From NCBI RefSeq assembly GCF_009914755.1, contig NC_060928.1: a stretch of DNA of 64,000 nt, one strand, 5' to 3'. The notes below the pieces were generated by a model that ran no database searches, was not told the DNA's origin, and worked only from the letters and a program-made list of their open reading frames with translations. Position 1 is the first letter of the stretch. Every line of letters starts with the position of its first letter. The DNA comes from the human T2T-CHM13v2.0 reference genome, Homo sapiens. The translations under genes were made by a program, and so were the position numbers. Positions 41,146 through 55,676 of the stretch are shown here, in pieces.

Positions 41146-42839
41146 CACAACACTGGTTACAGAAATCAGAGATAACACAAACAAATGGAAAAAAGTACTT
41201 CGTGCCGATGGATAGGAAGAATCAATATTGTTAAAATGTCCATACTGCCCAAAGATATTTACAGACTCAATTCTATTTTTATCAAATTACCAACAACATT
41301 CTTCACAGAATTCCAAAAAAACTATTTCAAAATTCATATGGAACCAAAAAAGAACCTGAACAGCCAAGGCAATCCTAAGAAAAAAGAACAAAGCTGGAGG
41401 CATTATGTTACCGAACTTCAAACTGTACTACAAGTCTACAGTAACCAAAACAACATCGTAGTGGTACAAAAATAGACACATAGACCAATGGAAACAAACA
41501 GAGAGCCCCAAAATAATGTTACACAACTATAACCAGCTGATCTTCGACAAAGCCAACAAAAACAAACAACAGGGAAGGAATGCCCTATTCAATAAAAGAT
41601 GCTGGAATAAATGGGTAGCCACAGGCAGAAGATTTAAACTGGACTCCTTTCTTAAACCATATACCAAAATTAATTCAAGATGGGTTAAAGACTTAAAATG
41701 TAAAACCTAAAAATTTAAAAATCAAAGAAAATAACCTAGGGAATACTATTCTGGACATAGGCAGTGGCAAAGATTTCATGACAAAGATGCCAGAAGCAAT
41801 TGCAACAAAAACAAAATTGACAAGCGGGTCTAATTTAAAGAAAGAGCTTCTGCACAGCAAAAGAAGCTATCAACAGAATAAACAGACAGCCTATAGGATG
41901 AGAGAAAATATTTGCAAACTATGCATCTAACAAAGGTGTAATATCCAGAATCTATAAGGAACTCTAAAAAATTAAGCAAAAAAGAAAAAAAACATTTAAA
42001 AAAATGGGCAAAGAACATTTACAGCCACTTCTCAAAAGAAGATATATACGTGGCCAACAAGCAAATGAAAAAATGCTCCACATCACTAATCATTAGATAA
42101 ATGCGGATCAAAACCACAATGAGATACCATCTCATACCAGTCAGAATGGCTATTAGTAAAAGTCAAATAATATTAAATGCTGTTGAGGTTGCAGAGGAAA
42201 AACACACATACACTGCTTCTTGGAATGTAAATTAGTTCAGTCATTGTGAAAAGCAGTGTGGTAATTTCCCAAAGAACTTAAAACAGAATTACTATTCTCC
42301 CCAGCAATTACATTATTGTGTATATACCCAAAGGAATATAAATCATTCTGCCAAAGACATATGCACGTCTATGTTCATCACAGCACTGTTCACAATGGCA
42401 AAGACATGGAATCAGCCTAAATGTTCATCTATGATAGACTGGATAAAGAAAGTGTGGTAATATATACACTATGGAATATTACACAGGCATAAAAGAGAAT
42501 GAAATAATGTTCTTTGCAGCAACAAGATGCAGCTGAAGGCCATTATCCTAAGCAACTAAGGCAGGAAATAAAAACCAAACACCACGTGTTCTCATTCATA
42601 AATGGGAGCTAAACATTGAGAACACATGGACACAAAGAAGGGACCAACAGACACCAGGGTCTATTTCAGGGTGATGTGAGAGAAGGGAAAGGATAGAAAA
42701 ACTACCTTTTGGGTACTGTTCTTATTACCTGAATGATGAAATAATTTGTACACCAAACTTTGTGACACACAATTTACCTATATAACAAACCTGTACATGT
42801 AACCCTGACTCTAAAATAAAAGTTAAAAAAAAAAATCTT

Positions 42840-43141
42840 GCCTGGGTTGAGTGGTGCGTGTCAGTAATCCAAGCACTTTGGGAGGCCAACGTGGGTTGAT
42901 TGCTCAAGCCCAGGAGTGTGAGACAAGTCTGGGCAACACAGTAAAATCCCATTTATAAAACAAACAAACAAACAAACAAAGCACATGGTGGCACGCACCT
43001 ATTGCCCCAGCTACTTGGGGAACTGAAGTGAGGGGAACACTTGAGCCTATGAGGTCAAGACTGAAGTAAGCCGTGATCTTGCCACTGCACTCCAAACTGG
43101 ACAACAGAGCAAGACCGTGTCTCAACAACAACAACAAAAAC
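42840..43141 (+). mobile_element. AluJo-like
   Basis: ttgctcaagcccaggag and cttgagcctatgaggtcaagactg, TSD AAAAATCTTG. Confidence 0.92.
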
Positions 43142-43930
43142 AAAAATCTTGAAAGACTCAGTAATTTCAATTATGTAAATTGAATGGAAATTCAGCAAGA
43201 TTTGTTGTCCACTCTGTTCACTCCTGAAAATCAGCCTCATTACACTTTCAACCATTCTTAGCTTGATTGTGAAGAGGTAAAAAAGTCCTGGATCCAATAA
43301 GAAGACTGTTTACAAAACACTTAAACTCAGTTCAAATAAATGTGCACATGTATTACATAACAATGAAATATGAGATCACAGATTTTCAGATAGGAGAAAA
43401 CATAAGATTTCATCTTCAGAAATGTGTTTTAAACTATGTCAACAAACTGCTCAGAAGAAATGGATGCGTTTGACACTAATTCATGCTAACCCAACCAAGG
43501 TTCTCTCTATGCATTTCCTTCATACTCAATATGATGAGAAGAAGTTACCCCTTGACAGGGTCATATTCATTACACATTTAACTGAATTAATAAAGAGACC
43601 ACATTGTTCAGTCTTGTTCTGTAGTCGCATCCAAGAAGACAGATATAGTAAAAAAAAAAAAAAAAAAAAGAAATGCCATCCTTTAATTAAAATATTCCCA
43701 AAATTCTGACTAGGCTCTAAAGGCACAGCCCAGAACAATCCCTTTTCTGTGATAGCCACTCATGCTTCAAATTATGTCAGTTTAAGAGACTACTTATTAC
43801 TTTCTAAAAAGTAAAAATATATAGAGTTTAGTCATTATTTTCTTCCCTGAATATCATAACATTTTCTTGAGGTAGGTTTATTTCTTTTCACCAAATAATT
43901 CACTTTGGAATAAATAGAGTTGCCTCTTAT

Positions 43931-44509
43931 TATAGACAGAATTTGGAGATGGTCTCAAATATTTTCAGGTCTCTATACCACTTTTGTCCAATTATTCAAT
44001 GAAAGAGTAGTCTGGGAACTGCTGTGAAGCAATTTTGAAGATGTAAATTAAATTCCCAAATTGATATACCTAACAGTAGAGAGATTATCTGGGTGAGCCT
44101 GACCTAATCAAACAATCTCTTTAAATCTGGGCCAGAGACAGAAGAAAGGAGAAAATTGACGCAACCTTGCCGGCTTAAAGATGGAGGGGGCCTTGTGGCA
44201 CAATGCAGTTGGCCTTTAGAACCCGTGAGTGGTCCTTAGGTAACAGTCAGAAAGGAAAAGGAGACCTCAGTCCTACAAAGGCAAGCAACTGAATTCAATG
44301 AGGAGGTGGATTTTCTAAAGAACCTCCAGATGAGAAATCTGATGTCAGATGATGCCAACCTCTTGGTGTCAGTTTTTGATACCCTAAGGAGACGTCCCAA
44401 CTGTGTGCTGCTTGGCTTCTGATCTACAGATACTGCAAGGTAATATTTTCCTCTTTTAAGCTGCTAAAATGTTGGTAATTTATTACATAGCAATAGAAAA
44501 ATAATATAC
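43931..44509 (+). mobile_element. MLT1D/E-type MaLR LTR
   Basis: gagattatctgggtgagcctgacctaatca, gacctcagtcctaca, and the 3' end ttaagctgctaa...gcaatagaaaaataata. Confidence 0.8.
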
Positions 44510-46890
44510 CTCTGCACAATTTTCATCTATGAGCTATTCCCAATCTTCATATAGACAAAATATTTTCAAGCGATATCTATATTATAAATATAGAAGAATG
44601 CGTAACAGTTTTAACATTTCAAAAAAATTTCTTGTAGATATACTATTTAACATTATTTTAGTATGGTCATACCATAATCAGAATTATCTTAATCTTTTCT
44701 TCATATCCATGTTTTAATGCTATTAGAAATATTATATCACCTTTAGTCATTGTGCTTTGTAACTACTGAAAAAAGTTATAAAATTCTAAGCTTTGACAAT
44801 TTTTCAAAGCTTATAATAAAATAATATAATAAAAGTCACCTAACTTGCTGCTAAAAGAGATTGTTATGATCCTCCTTGATAACTTTCCAGTAACACTCTC
44901 TAAGTAACTATTTTTGGTTAAAAATTGAAACATATTTACATTCTTTAATTCCTATACTGTGTAATTTCTAAACAGACAAAATATTTAGTCAGCTAAACTT
45001 AACTATATGTTATGAAATGTTTACTTCTTGTGTTTACCTAATATAGCTGTCAACAATTCTGTATGTGTTGTAGATTGAACTTATATTTGGTTATATTCAG
45101 TTTTATGACTACAGATGCTTGACTTTTGCCAAGAATAATCTTAAATATGGTGACAGTAAAAATTATATTTGTTTGAAATGCATTGTTTCATCATGGATGC
45201 CACATAGAAACTGACAGACTTTTACTATGGACACCATATAAAAGATGGTGCTTCCAAGTACCAGCTAAAAATGCCCCAAGACAAGTTTTGTTTGATGTTG
45301 TCGTGCACTATGTATCTGTGTATTGTTTGCTTTAAAAATCTCTATTTGAAAATTCCATTTTCAAGTTGATGGTGTAAAGTAATGATGCAAGAGTAGTTAA
45401 TAGTTCTAATTATGACACACATTTTGACAGGAAGTCATTATTATTTTAGACTCAGTAGATGGACCTTTAATATACTTCCAAAAGAATGAAACCTTCCTAG
45501 GACCAGAACATAGGCTGACATCAAACTTTTCAATATTTTACAAATTATAAAATTTTAAAGATAATTCTATACAGTTTTCAAGATGTGTGATACTCAGTTA
45601 CTTGCCTCAGAAAATTGGGATTACATTTATAGTTTCCTATCATTTTCATCAACTGAGGATGTTATTTGGGTAACAATAAATAGAAAAGAATGAGTAGCCT
45701 AGTAGTATTCTTTATAACTAAAACAGATAGGTAAAAACATCCTAAACTGAATAGCAGACAATCTGAACACAAAAAAGATTATAAATATGAATGTAAATCA
45801 CAGGTATATCCAGCATGTCTGCATTTAGTATACTGGTATGTTAATCTATATTGAATGTAGTTTTTAAATCTTAGCTCTACCCTACTATAATAATTGTAGG
45901 GGATCCATTGAGAGGTCAATTAAAGTTGAATAACTAAATTCCAGCCCAACATTTTTAAGGAATCACGGTTATAGTTTACTACATATTAAAAGCAGTTCCT
46001 TAAACAATTTAGAGTAATGGCTTAGGGTTCTGTTGGTAGCTATTAGTATTACTGACTGTGAAGCAGCTGCTTGATTTAATTGGCAAACACTTGTTCTTTT
46101 CATTTACAAGCAAAATTAGCACCTACACTCTTGCCAATAAATTAGACATTGCACCTACCTTGAAATGAGCACTACTAACTACTGATTGTAATTACAGCAG
46201 ATAACCTATCACACTTGCCTAAGGCCTCTGGTTCTGGTGCTTATACTCACCTTAGAAAATATAAGGAACTGATGTATCCTTGATATAACAAGTTCCTTTG
46301 TAAATGTAACACTTTTTTTCTGGTAAACATTTGATGCAGTAATGCACCAAATAATATTTTTATTGTACTGTATATTTTGAATGGAGTTCCACTGCTTGTA
46401 AGACAATGGATACAAAATATAATTTAGTAGAAGTTTGCTATGTAATTGGTTTTGCAAATATATAAGGCATAATTTTATTCATATGGCTGCCTAAAATCTG
46501 TAGGAGTACAACTTGTTCATACTCTTTTAGAAAACAGTAATAGCCTTATGGTGTTTAGGAGCAAAGTGGTACATTTGAGATTTTGAAATTTTATGCTAGC
46601 AGTCTTCCTCAAAACACAGACACCCACATACACACACAAACACACACACACAATTGGCAAAAAGAAAATTTAATCTGAGTCACATCTATGAAAATATGGC
46701 CATATTTAGAATAAATTTACTAAATGGTGAATTACTAGTCCACTAGCTAGTCTGGGACAATATAATCTAGATATCTATATATAGCAATCCCTGGAGTGAT
46801 TCTTTACATGTCTTTAAAGACATTAGGAAAATGAAGATGACAAAACATTTAAGTGAGAATGTCTGAACACAAATTTTTAAATTCACATAG

Positions 46891-47203
<313 letters not shown>

Positions 47204-47299
47204 AAAATTTATCTATTTTTAAAACTAATATAAATAAATAATTACAATATTTAATTTGTGACTCTATACAGTGTTTAATCATCAATTTTTAATTCTCTC

Positions 47300-48002
47300 T
47301 CACCAAACACGGCCTACTCAGCACCTGGAGTTGACCTCATCTGGACCACTAAGTGGGAGAGAGTTGGGCTTCATTGAGTCGGTACAGTGAGGTATTGAGA
47401 AGGGTTTGGGATTTGTTGCTACTCTGGTGCCCTGCAGTGACTTGCAGTGTTACTGTTATAGGTCCTGGGCCTAGGACTGTTGTTCTCTGTCACTTCTCCA
47501 ATGGCAGGGTTATAGTTGTTTATTTTTTATTTTTTTCTCTTACTCTATGAGAGAAGCTTCCAGGTAAGGCTGAGGTCATGTCCCTTTCTCAGCTGCAGGC
47601 ATTGTTCCTTCACACCTGCACCACTGACAGAGGCTTTCTGGATATTTCTTCTTCCCTGTGTCTTTTCCATGAATACTAGGTGGACATTCATGAGAAAATG
47701 ATCTGCAAAGAGCTCTTTTGTCTGGCGCTCTCAGGGGTCCCATCCAACCTGGCCTTTAGCAATTTGTTTAAAGTGTATCTGATTTCTTCTTGCCTACTCT
47801 TAGAGTGGCCTTACACTATGTTCTACCACGTTATGTCCCCGGAGTCACTGCTTGTGCCTGGCCATTGGTTGCTCTGGGACGTCAGCTTTCTGTCAGCTTT
47901 AAGAATAGTACTGATTTTGCATGTCATTCTGCTTTTTTTTTTTTTGTTTCAAGGTGCAGAGTAATATTCTTTTCAATTTTCTACATCCTAGAGAGAAATG
48001 AC
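47300..48002 (-). mobile_element. Ancient L1M (L1ME/MD-type) 5' region
   Basis: ttaagaatagtactgattttgc...ttctgctttt...ttgtttcaaggtgcagagtaatattctt...tctacatcc resembles reversed L1ME 5' ends. Confidence 0.5.
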
Positions 48003-48454
48003 CTATGCATTTTAATCATTGAAACCTTTATTTTAAAAGACTTTTGAGTTAAATTAGAAGAATTTCATCTGGAATTTCAATTAATGTGACACTTGGTTCA
48101 ATTGTAAATCAATAAAGTACTAAATAGCCTCATGACAATTTTAATATTTATAACATATTGCAAAGATAACTTGGACACTGGCTTTATATACAATACTTTT
48201 AAAAGCACATAAGAATTGTGTGATTTTATTAACCTTTCTATATATGTTGTTTTGCGTGGAAATAGAACACAAATCAGAATTACAATCACCAGGTTGCACT
48301 CTTCTGAAGGAATAAAGGAGAAAATAATCCTATTAATATTGTAATATTTACTTTATAATTTTTTAAAAACTTTCTGTCATTCGAAATGGTATGACTTAGT
48401 TGCAATATTGTATTTCTCTGATGTGTTAAATACTAACTAAGTCTTTACAATGGA

Positions 48455-48985
48455 AACAAACATATGGGTATATATACACAATGAAATATTATTCAGTCAC
48501 AAAAAAATGAATGAAATTCTATCATTTGCAGTAACATGGATGAGTCCGGAGGATATGTTAAGTGCAATAAACCGGGACAGAAAGGCAAATATTGCATGTT
48601 CTCACTCATATGTGGGACTAAAATACAGTTAATTTCATGGAGATATAGAATACAATGGTGGTTACCAAAGGTGAGGAAAGGTAGTGGGGGAGGTAGGAAT
48701 AAAGACAGGTTGGTAAATTGACACAAAAATACAGTTGGATAGAAGGAATGTGTTCTAGTGTTCAATAGCACTATAGGGTGACTATAGTTACCAATAATTA
48801 TTGTATATTTCAAAATAGCTAGAAGAGAAAATTTAGAATGTTCCCAACACAAAGAAATGAAAAATATTTGAGATGATGGATATCCTTATTACCCTGACTT
48901 CACCATTCTACATTGTATTCATATAACAAATGACCACTTGCACCTCATAAATACATACAATTACTATGTATTAACAACAAAAAAG
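48455..48985 (+). mobile_element. L1MA-type 3' end
   Basis: ORF2 C-terminus (NEILSFAVTWM) plus a 3'UTR homologous to 22185-22686. Confidence 0.88.
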
Positions 48986-49299
48986 ATTCCACCACAATAC
49001 TTCTGATGCAATATTTTGACTAAACTTATTGCACTTATGAACCATTTTATTTGTTGAATCAACTAAAGACCATCTATTATGTGGTACTATAACGCTTAAT
49101 CATTCTTATTCCTCAAAGTTCCTCTCTATATGGTCAAAAAACATTTTTTATTTGCAATCTAAATACATCCTTATCATTATTATTTTGTATCTTTGTTAAA
49201 TGTTACACATTCTCCCCCACCTATCATTATTCCTTTTCTCTTTATTTTTCCAAATATTTTCTTTCAGGATTTATCTAAATTATCATATGTTTCATAAAT

Positions 49300-49575
49300 A
49301 TTTCCCCAATTATTTTATTTCACATTATTCTCTCTTGGCTAAATTATCACTTTATTATTCTGTAGTTCATAGTTTCTAATTAGTAATCTAATTTGGTATA
49401 TTTCTCTCCAATTGTTGATGTGTTAATCATGTCTCCTCATGCAGAATATGAGGCTCCTGGAAAGCAGGTAATGCATATATTTTAATTAAAGCATATAATT
49501 CCCTAAGAGTATAAGTACTAACATAAACATTCAGCACCATATAATAGCCAGTAATTAATTGATCATTTGTTAATT
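49300..49575 (+). mobile_element. L2 3' fragment
   Basis: tgtctcctca...agaatatgaggctcctggaaagcagg resembles the L2 3' end. Confidence 0.4.
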
Positions 49576-50024
49576 ATATAGTAAAAATTACATAGATATT
49601 TTTATTGTGGCATAAAATAAAATTTGTGTCTGCACACATAAAAAATTTAGTCACCATAAGGATCAAAGTCAATTCAGTGAGAAAAAATATATATATATAA
49701 TTGGACCAGTGTACTTATAAGATGTATAGTCTGAATCATTGTAATTTTATTATTTGTAATCACCGATTTAGTAACATTTATATAATTCTTATTACTGAAT
49801 AAGAAAATATCAGATCTGTCTTTACCTAAATGAACAAAAGTTCACAGATTAAAGGCCCTGGTTACCGAAGAAATTTTATAACAAAGCATTGAAATAATCT
49901 AAGTAAACTCAAATTATTCTAAGAAGTGAGTCATCGTTTTCTGAACTGATAAAAGGAATTACATTTAAGATCAACTTTGATGTAAGCTTGACTACCAAAT
50001 CATAAATTAATATCTCCCAAATTT

Positions 50025-51838
<1,814 letters not shown>

Positions 51839-51917
51839 TTAATATCTACATCATTAATTCTACTTGTTTCTTTTACATTTGCAGTAAACTTTTTATTTTT
51901 GTATACTTTTACATTTA

Positions 51918-52079
<162 letters not shown>

Positions 52080-52654
52080 TTATCTTAACATCTTACACAA
52101 TATCAGGCATGATTTTTTTTAACTCATCCATGTTTCTGTTTATATACAGGATAACAAATTCAGGAACAATGGGAAAGTAATATATAAAACCTTAATAGGA
52201 AATACAATAGAGATTACAAAACACTACCATTTGATTTTTTATGCAAATACTTCAATAGTACAATATTTTTACTCACTTGATAAATAAAGCACATGACTCA
52301 AAATGCTAAATAATTCTGTTAGTCTAAATTTTTAAAGAATAAAATGTTGGTGAAAAACCAAAATTGTTTAGTAAGGTATGTATGATCTTGTTTATTATCT
52401 ATCATAGATATCAAGAAGATCATAGTTAATAACAATTTAAGCTTTAGAGAATACTGTTTTAGGCCCAATATTGATATATTAAATGAAGGTATCAGAGAAT
52501 CTTTTATTTATGGTATCAGGTTATAAAGATCTATTCAAAACCATTTTTGTCAAAGTTTAAACACTGGAACAAAAGTCAAATTGTTTCTAAATGAGACACA
52601 AAATGATTCTTGCTAATAGTACAAATTTTGTCCCATGGGTAATACTATTGTCTT

Positions 52655-52860
52655 TTTCTTTTTTAAAAAAATTATTTAAATTTTTATTTCAGATTCAGGG
52701 AACACATGGGCAGGTTTGTTAGCTGGGTATACTGTGTGATGTTGAGGTTTGGGGCACGGATGATCCTGTCACCCAGGTAGTGAGCAGAGTCCCCAGTAGG
52801 TAGTTTTTCAGCTCTTGCTCCTGCTCCCCTCCCTACCTCCCCAGTGTCTATTATTCCCAT
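52655..52860 (-). mobile_element. L1PB-type 3'UTR fragment within the retrocopied 3'UTR
   Basis: tttcagattcagggaacacatgggcaggtttgtta...gatcctgtcacccaggtagtgagc, lying between the retrocopy TSDs. Confidence 0.8.
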
Positions 52861-53069
52861 GGGTCCTCAGGTATTACTATTTTCAAGTTTTTTTCGTTAC
52901 ATGAAACTACTGAAAGCAAAAGTATGTCATGCTTATAGGTTACTCTGTACATTTATCATTCTATTAATAAATATCTTAAGTAAGTAAGTAGTATATTAAG
53001 GCCATAAACCAAGTCATTATCTCCTATCAAAGGACTACTGTTATTCAATCATCTAGAAAATTCATTTTA

Positions 53070-53358
53070 GGAAGGACGCAGTGGCTCACATCTGTAATCT
53101 CAGCACTTTGGGAGGCCAAGGTGGGTGGATCATGAAGTCAAGAGTTCGAGACCATCCTGATCAGCATGGTGTAACCCCGCCTCTACTAAAAATACAAAAA
53201 TTAGCTGGGCGTGGTTGTGTGTGCCTGTAATCCCAGCTACTCAGGAGGCTGAGGCAGGAGAATTGCTTGAACCCGGAGGCAGAGGTTGTAGTGAGCTGAA
53301 ATTGCGCCACTGCACTCCAGCCTGGGCAACAGAGAGAAACTCTTGTCTTAAAAAAAAA
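53070..53358 (+). mobile_element. AluS within the TERF1 3'UTR (antisense to the mRNA), probably inherited from the parent gene
   Basis: Full Alu with TSD AGAAAATTCATTTTA. As I recall, the parental TERF1 3'UTR carries an antisense Alu here. Confidence 0.93.
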
Positions 53359-54014
53359 GAAAATTCATTTTAATGGGTTATGTTACAGGGTTGAGGTCAG
53401 CCTACAGACACAAAATAGGTTAACTGAATTTTTTTTTTCGTATCAGGTTTTAATTTTTTCATTGGAACAGGATTTGGGGGTGGGGATACTAAATGTGGCA
53501 GGGTTCAACAAATTTACATTTTATCAAAATAAGATTCTTAAAGAATACAATGATAGCATATGCTTTAACTTTTATAGCACAAACCCTCATATTAATTGAT
53601 GGTCACAGAAAAATACTGTAATGCTCTAAACAAAAGTTTTAAAATACATCAATGACACAAGTTTCAAATAAAATGCAGAGATCAAAATACTTAACTGTCC
53701 TTTCATCAAGCTTTTACAAACACAGTCTTCGCTGTCTGAGCAAATCAATTTTAGTTTCTTCATGGTCCTCCATCTGTCTTTTAACATGACATTTGTCCAG
53801 CTGTTGAATTTATAATGCAATAGTATTTTAGACCAGTTTCCCTCTCCGTATTTCCTCACGCCAGATCTCAAATTCTTGTCTTCTTCCCAAAGCCATGCCT
53901 GTCTTTTTCTAGCTCGATATTTTTCAGGAGTTACCGGTTGACTCTTTGAAACAGGTATTCTGCTTTCAGTGGCTCTTCTGCTTTCTTTTTTCTTTTTTGT
54001 ACTTTGAAGAGTTC

Positions 54015-54962
54015 CTACTCTTCTTTATTTCTTATTAAGGTCTTGTTGCTGGGTTCCATGTTGCAACTTAGATAAGAAAAGATTCTTGTGAGACTTTTTC
54101 TTGTATCCAAATTAGCTTCAGTTTCCATTTCAACATCATTACCATTAGGTTTATCTTGAGAAGTTACTGTGCTTGTTCTTTTACTTTCTACTACTTTTGC
54201 TGCTGCCTTCATTAGAAAGGTTGATGATTTTTCACTTAACACATAATTCACATAACTCTTAATTTTCTCCCTCATGTGGTTGTACCTGAAGTGTTGAAAA
54301 AAGGAATGAAATGTATCTTCCTGAGAGATTATCATAAGCAATTTGCTTTTGAGAGGCATATGAAAATTTGGATCACCAAATATTCTTTCAAAGACTTCTT
54401 CTGCTTCTTTAAAGTTGCCATTTTCCATACAAACAGCTGTAGCCTGAATTTTAATTAAATTCTGTATTTCTTCGTGAAGTTGGTCATGTTCCTTTTCAAT
54501 TGAACCCCAAATCATCAGGGCTGATTCCAAGGGTGTAATTCGTTCATCATTTTCGAACTGTGCCTCAAGGGTTTTTCCTGCTGCAATTCTTGTCAAAAAC
54601 TGACATATGTATATTGTTCTCAACTGGTAAGCTGTTAGACTGGATAGCCCATGAATAATAGCCTCTGCGCTGTTGCGGGTCCGGCGGAAGTCCTCGGAGC
54701 GGCCCTCGCGGAAAGCTCCGCAAAGAGAGAGGCAGAGGAAATCGAACATCCAGCCGGCAGCCCATGGCCTTGCCCTCGGCCACCAGGCCGGGGTCCTCCT
54801 CCTCCTCCTTGGGCGCCCCCACCTGCACCTGGCACTCGAGCAGTTCCTGGCACTCGAACTGCTCCTCGTCGTTGCTCTTTGTTTCTGCCATCTGCTCCTC
54901 GGTAGGGTCGGCATCCCTACCAGCCGCACAACCCCGCGGGCTCGGGGCCCAATATCAGGCAT
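54015..54962 (-). CDS. Hypothetical 315-aa ORF: novel Arg-rich N-terminus + TRF1 residues ~74-295 (TRFH) + frameshifted tail; expression unknown
   Basis: Uninterrupted ORF in the supplied track. The ATG lies inside the TSD (aaaatcATGc, A at -3). No promoter or transcript evidence. Confidence 0.25.
   Translation of the reverse strand: MPDIGPRARGVVRLVGMPTLPRSRWQKQRATTRSSSSARNCSSARCRWGRPRRRRRTPAWWPRARPWAAGWMFDFLCLSLCGAFREGRSEDFRRTRNSAEAIIHGLSSLTAYQLRTIYICQFLTRIAAGKTLEAQFENDERITPLESALMIWGSIEKEHDQLHEEIQNLIKIQATAVCMENGNFKEAEEVFERIFGDPNFHMPLKSKLLMIISQEDTFHSFFQHFRYNHMREKIKSYVNYVLSEKSSTFLMKAAAKVVESKRTSTVTSQDKPNGNDVEMETEANLDTRKSLTRIFSYLSCNMEPSNKTLIRNKEE
54661..54950. promoter_or_regulatory. CpG-island remnant (TERF1 exon-1 derived)
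   Basis: About 24 CpGs in 290 bp by hand count, in otherwise CpG-depleted DNA. Confidence 0.6.
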
Positions 54963-55334
54963 GATTTTTTAAACTACACCTATTTTTCCACAAAGTTCGA
55001 TTCTCTAAGCTTTTGTAAGTTTTTTTGTAAAAAAAAAAACAAAAAACAAAAAACTGGTTGAGTTTTTGAGCCACGAATTTCTCTTTATATCAGTATAGAT
55101 TTTGCACTATATTATGCAAAGTTAAGGCTGTGGCAAATTAAATAGATTAATATGCATTTAATAATGATAAGTACATTTATCCAAATGTCTAAATCATATC
55201 GTTAATAGGAAAATATCTTGGCCTTAACATTTCTTTCCTTATGTTATACCTTAGTGTGTATTTTCAGGAGTTCAACTGTAATCACTTTATAAAAATTGTA
55301 AAGGTTTAGCATTTTTGTAAACTGTGACTTTGTA

Positions 55335-55676
55335 AACTCTGACTGTGGACAGAGAGAAAGAGAGAGAGTTAGAAAGAGGTAAAGTTAAAGATGGAAGAAG
55401 GACTAAAGAGATACAACGTTGTTGGCTTTAAAAATGGAAAAAGGAAGCCATGAGCCAAAGAATGCAGAATAGAGGCTGGAAGAAAAAATTGCTTCTCCCA
55501 TACAGCCTCCAGAAAAAATTAAAATAAATAAAAAATAAAAAACAGTCCGGCTAACACCTCAATTTTAGCCCAAAGAGGCCATATCATACTGTTGATCTGC
55601 AAACAAGATAACAAATTGGTACCATTTTAAGCTTTTAAATTTATAGTACTTTAAGGCAGTAGGAGAAAACTAGTAT
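55335..55676 (+). mobile_element. MLT1C/D-type MaLR LTR, 3' part
   Basis: ttggctttaaaaatgga...agccatgagccaaagaatgcag...agcctccagaa...ttttagccca...gaaaactagta. Confidence 0.75.

Larger units (their letters stand above)
34742..42831 (+). mobile_element. Near full-length LINE-1 (L1PA13-15/L1PREC2-like), inactive
   Basis: Long repeat-containing 5'UTR, ORF1 ~36930-37900, ORF2 ATG at 37983 with many stops and frameshifts, 3' end ctaaaataaaagtt-poly(A), TSD AAAATCTTG(AA). Confidence 0.92.
52121..54949 (-). pseudogene. TERF1: TERF1 (telomeric repeat-binding factor 1) processed retrocopy, PIN2 (20-codon-skipped) isoform
   Basis: Intronless TRF1 acidic, TRFH and Myb sequences ([17 protein letters not shown]; [13 protein letters not shown]; [19 protein letters not shown]...KDRWR) plus a long 3'UTR. 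TSD (C)AATATCAGGCATGATTTTTT at 52098-52118 and 54950-54970. Native ATG absent, frameshifts at ~54762 and ~54094, nonsense TAA at 54025-54027. Confidence 0.97.

Noticed and set aside
44100-44110. TGACCTAATCA DUX4-like motif in MLT1 (also AAATCTAATCA near 5470 and 8125)
   Set aside because: Each deviates from the TAAYYYAATCA consensus; a single imperfect motif is not evidence of binding.
53626-53871. Separate Myb-domain ORF
   Set aside because: Starts at a TTG within the domain, lacks the first helix residues, has substitutions near the recognition helix (NRTS to SWTN by recalled sequence), and lies downstream of a frameshift and a stop.
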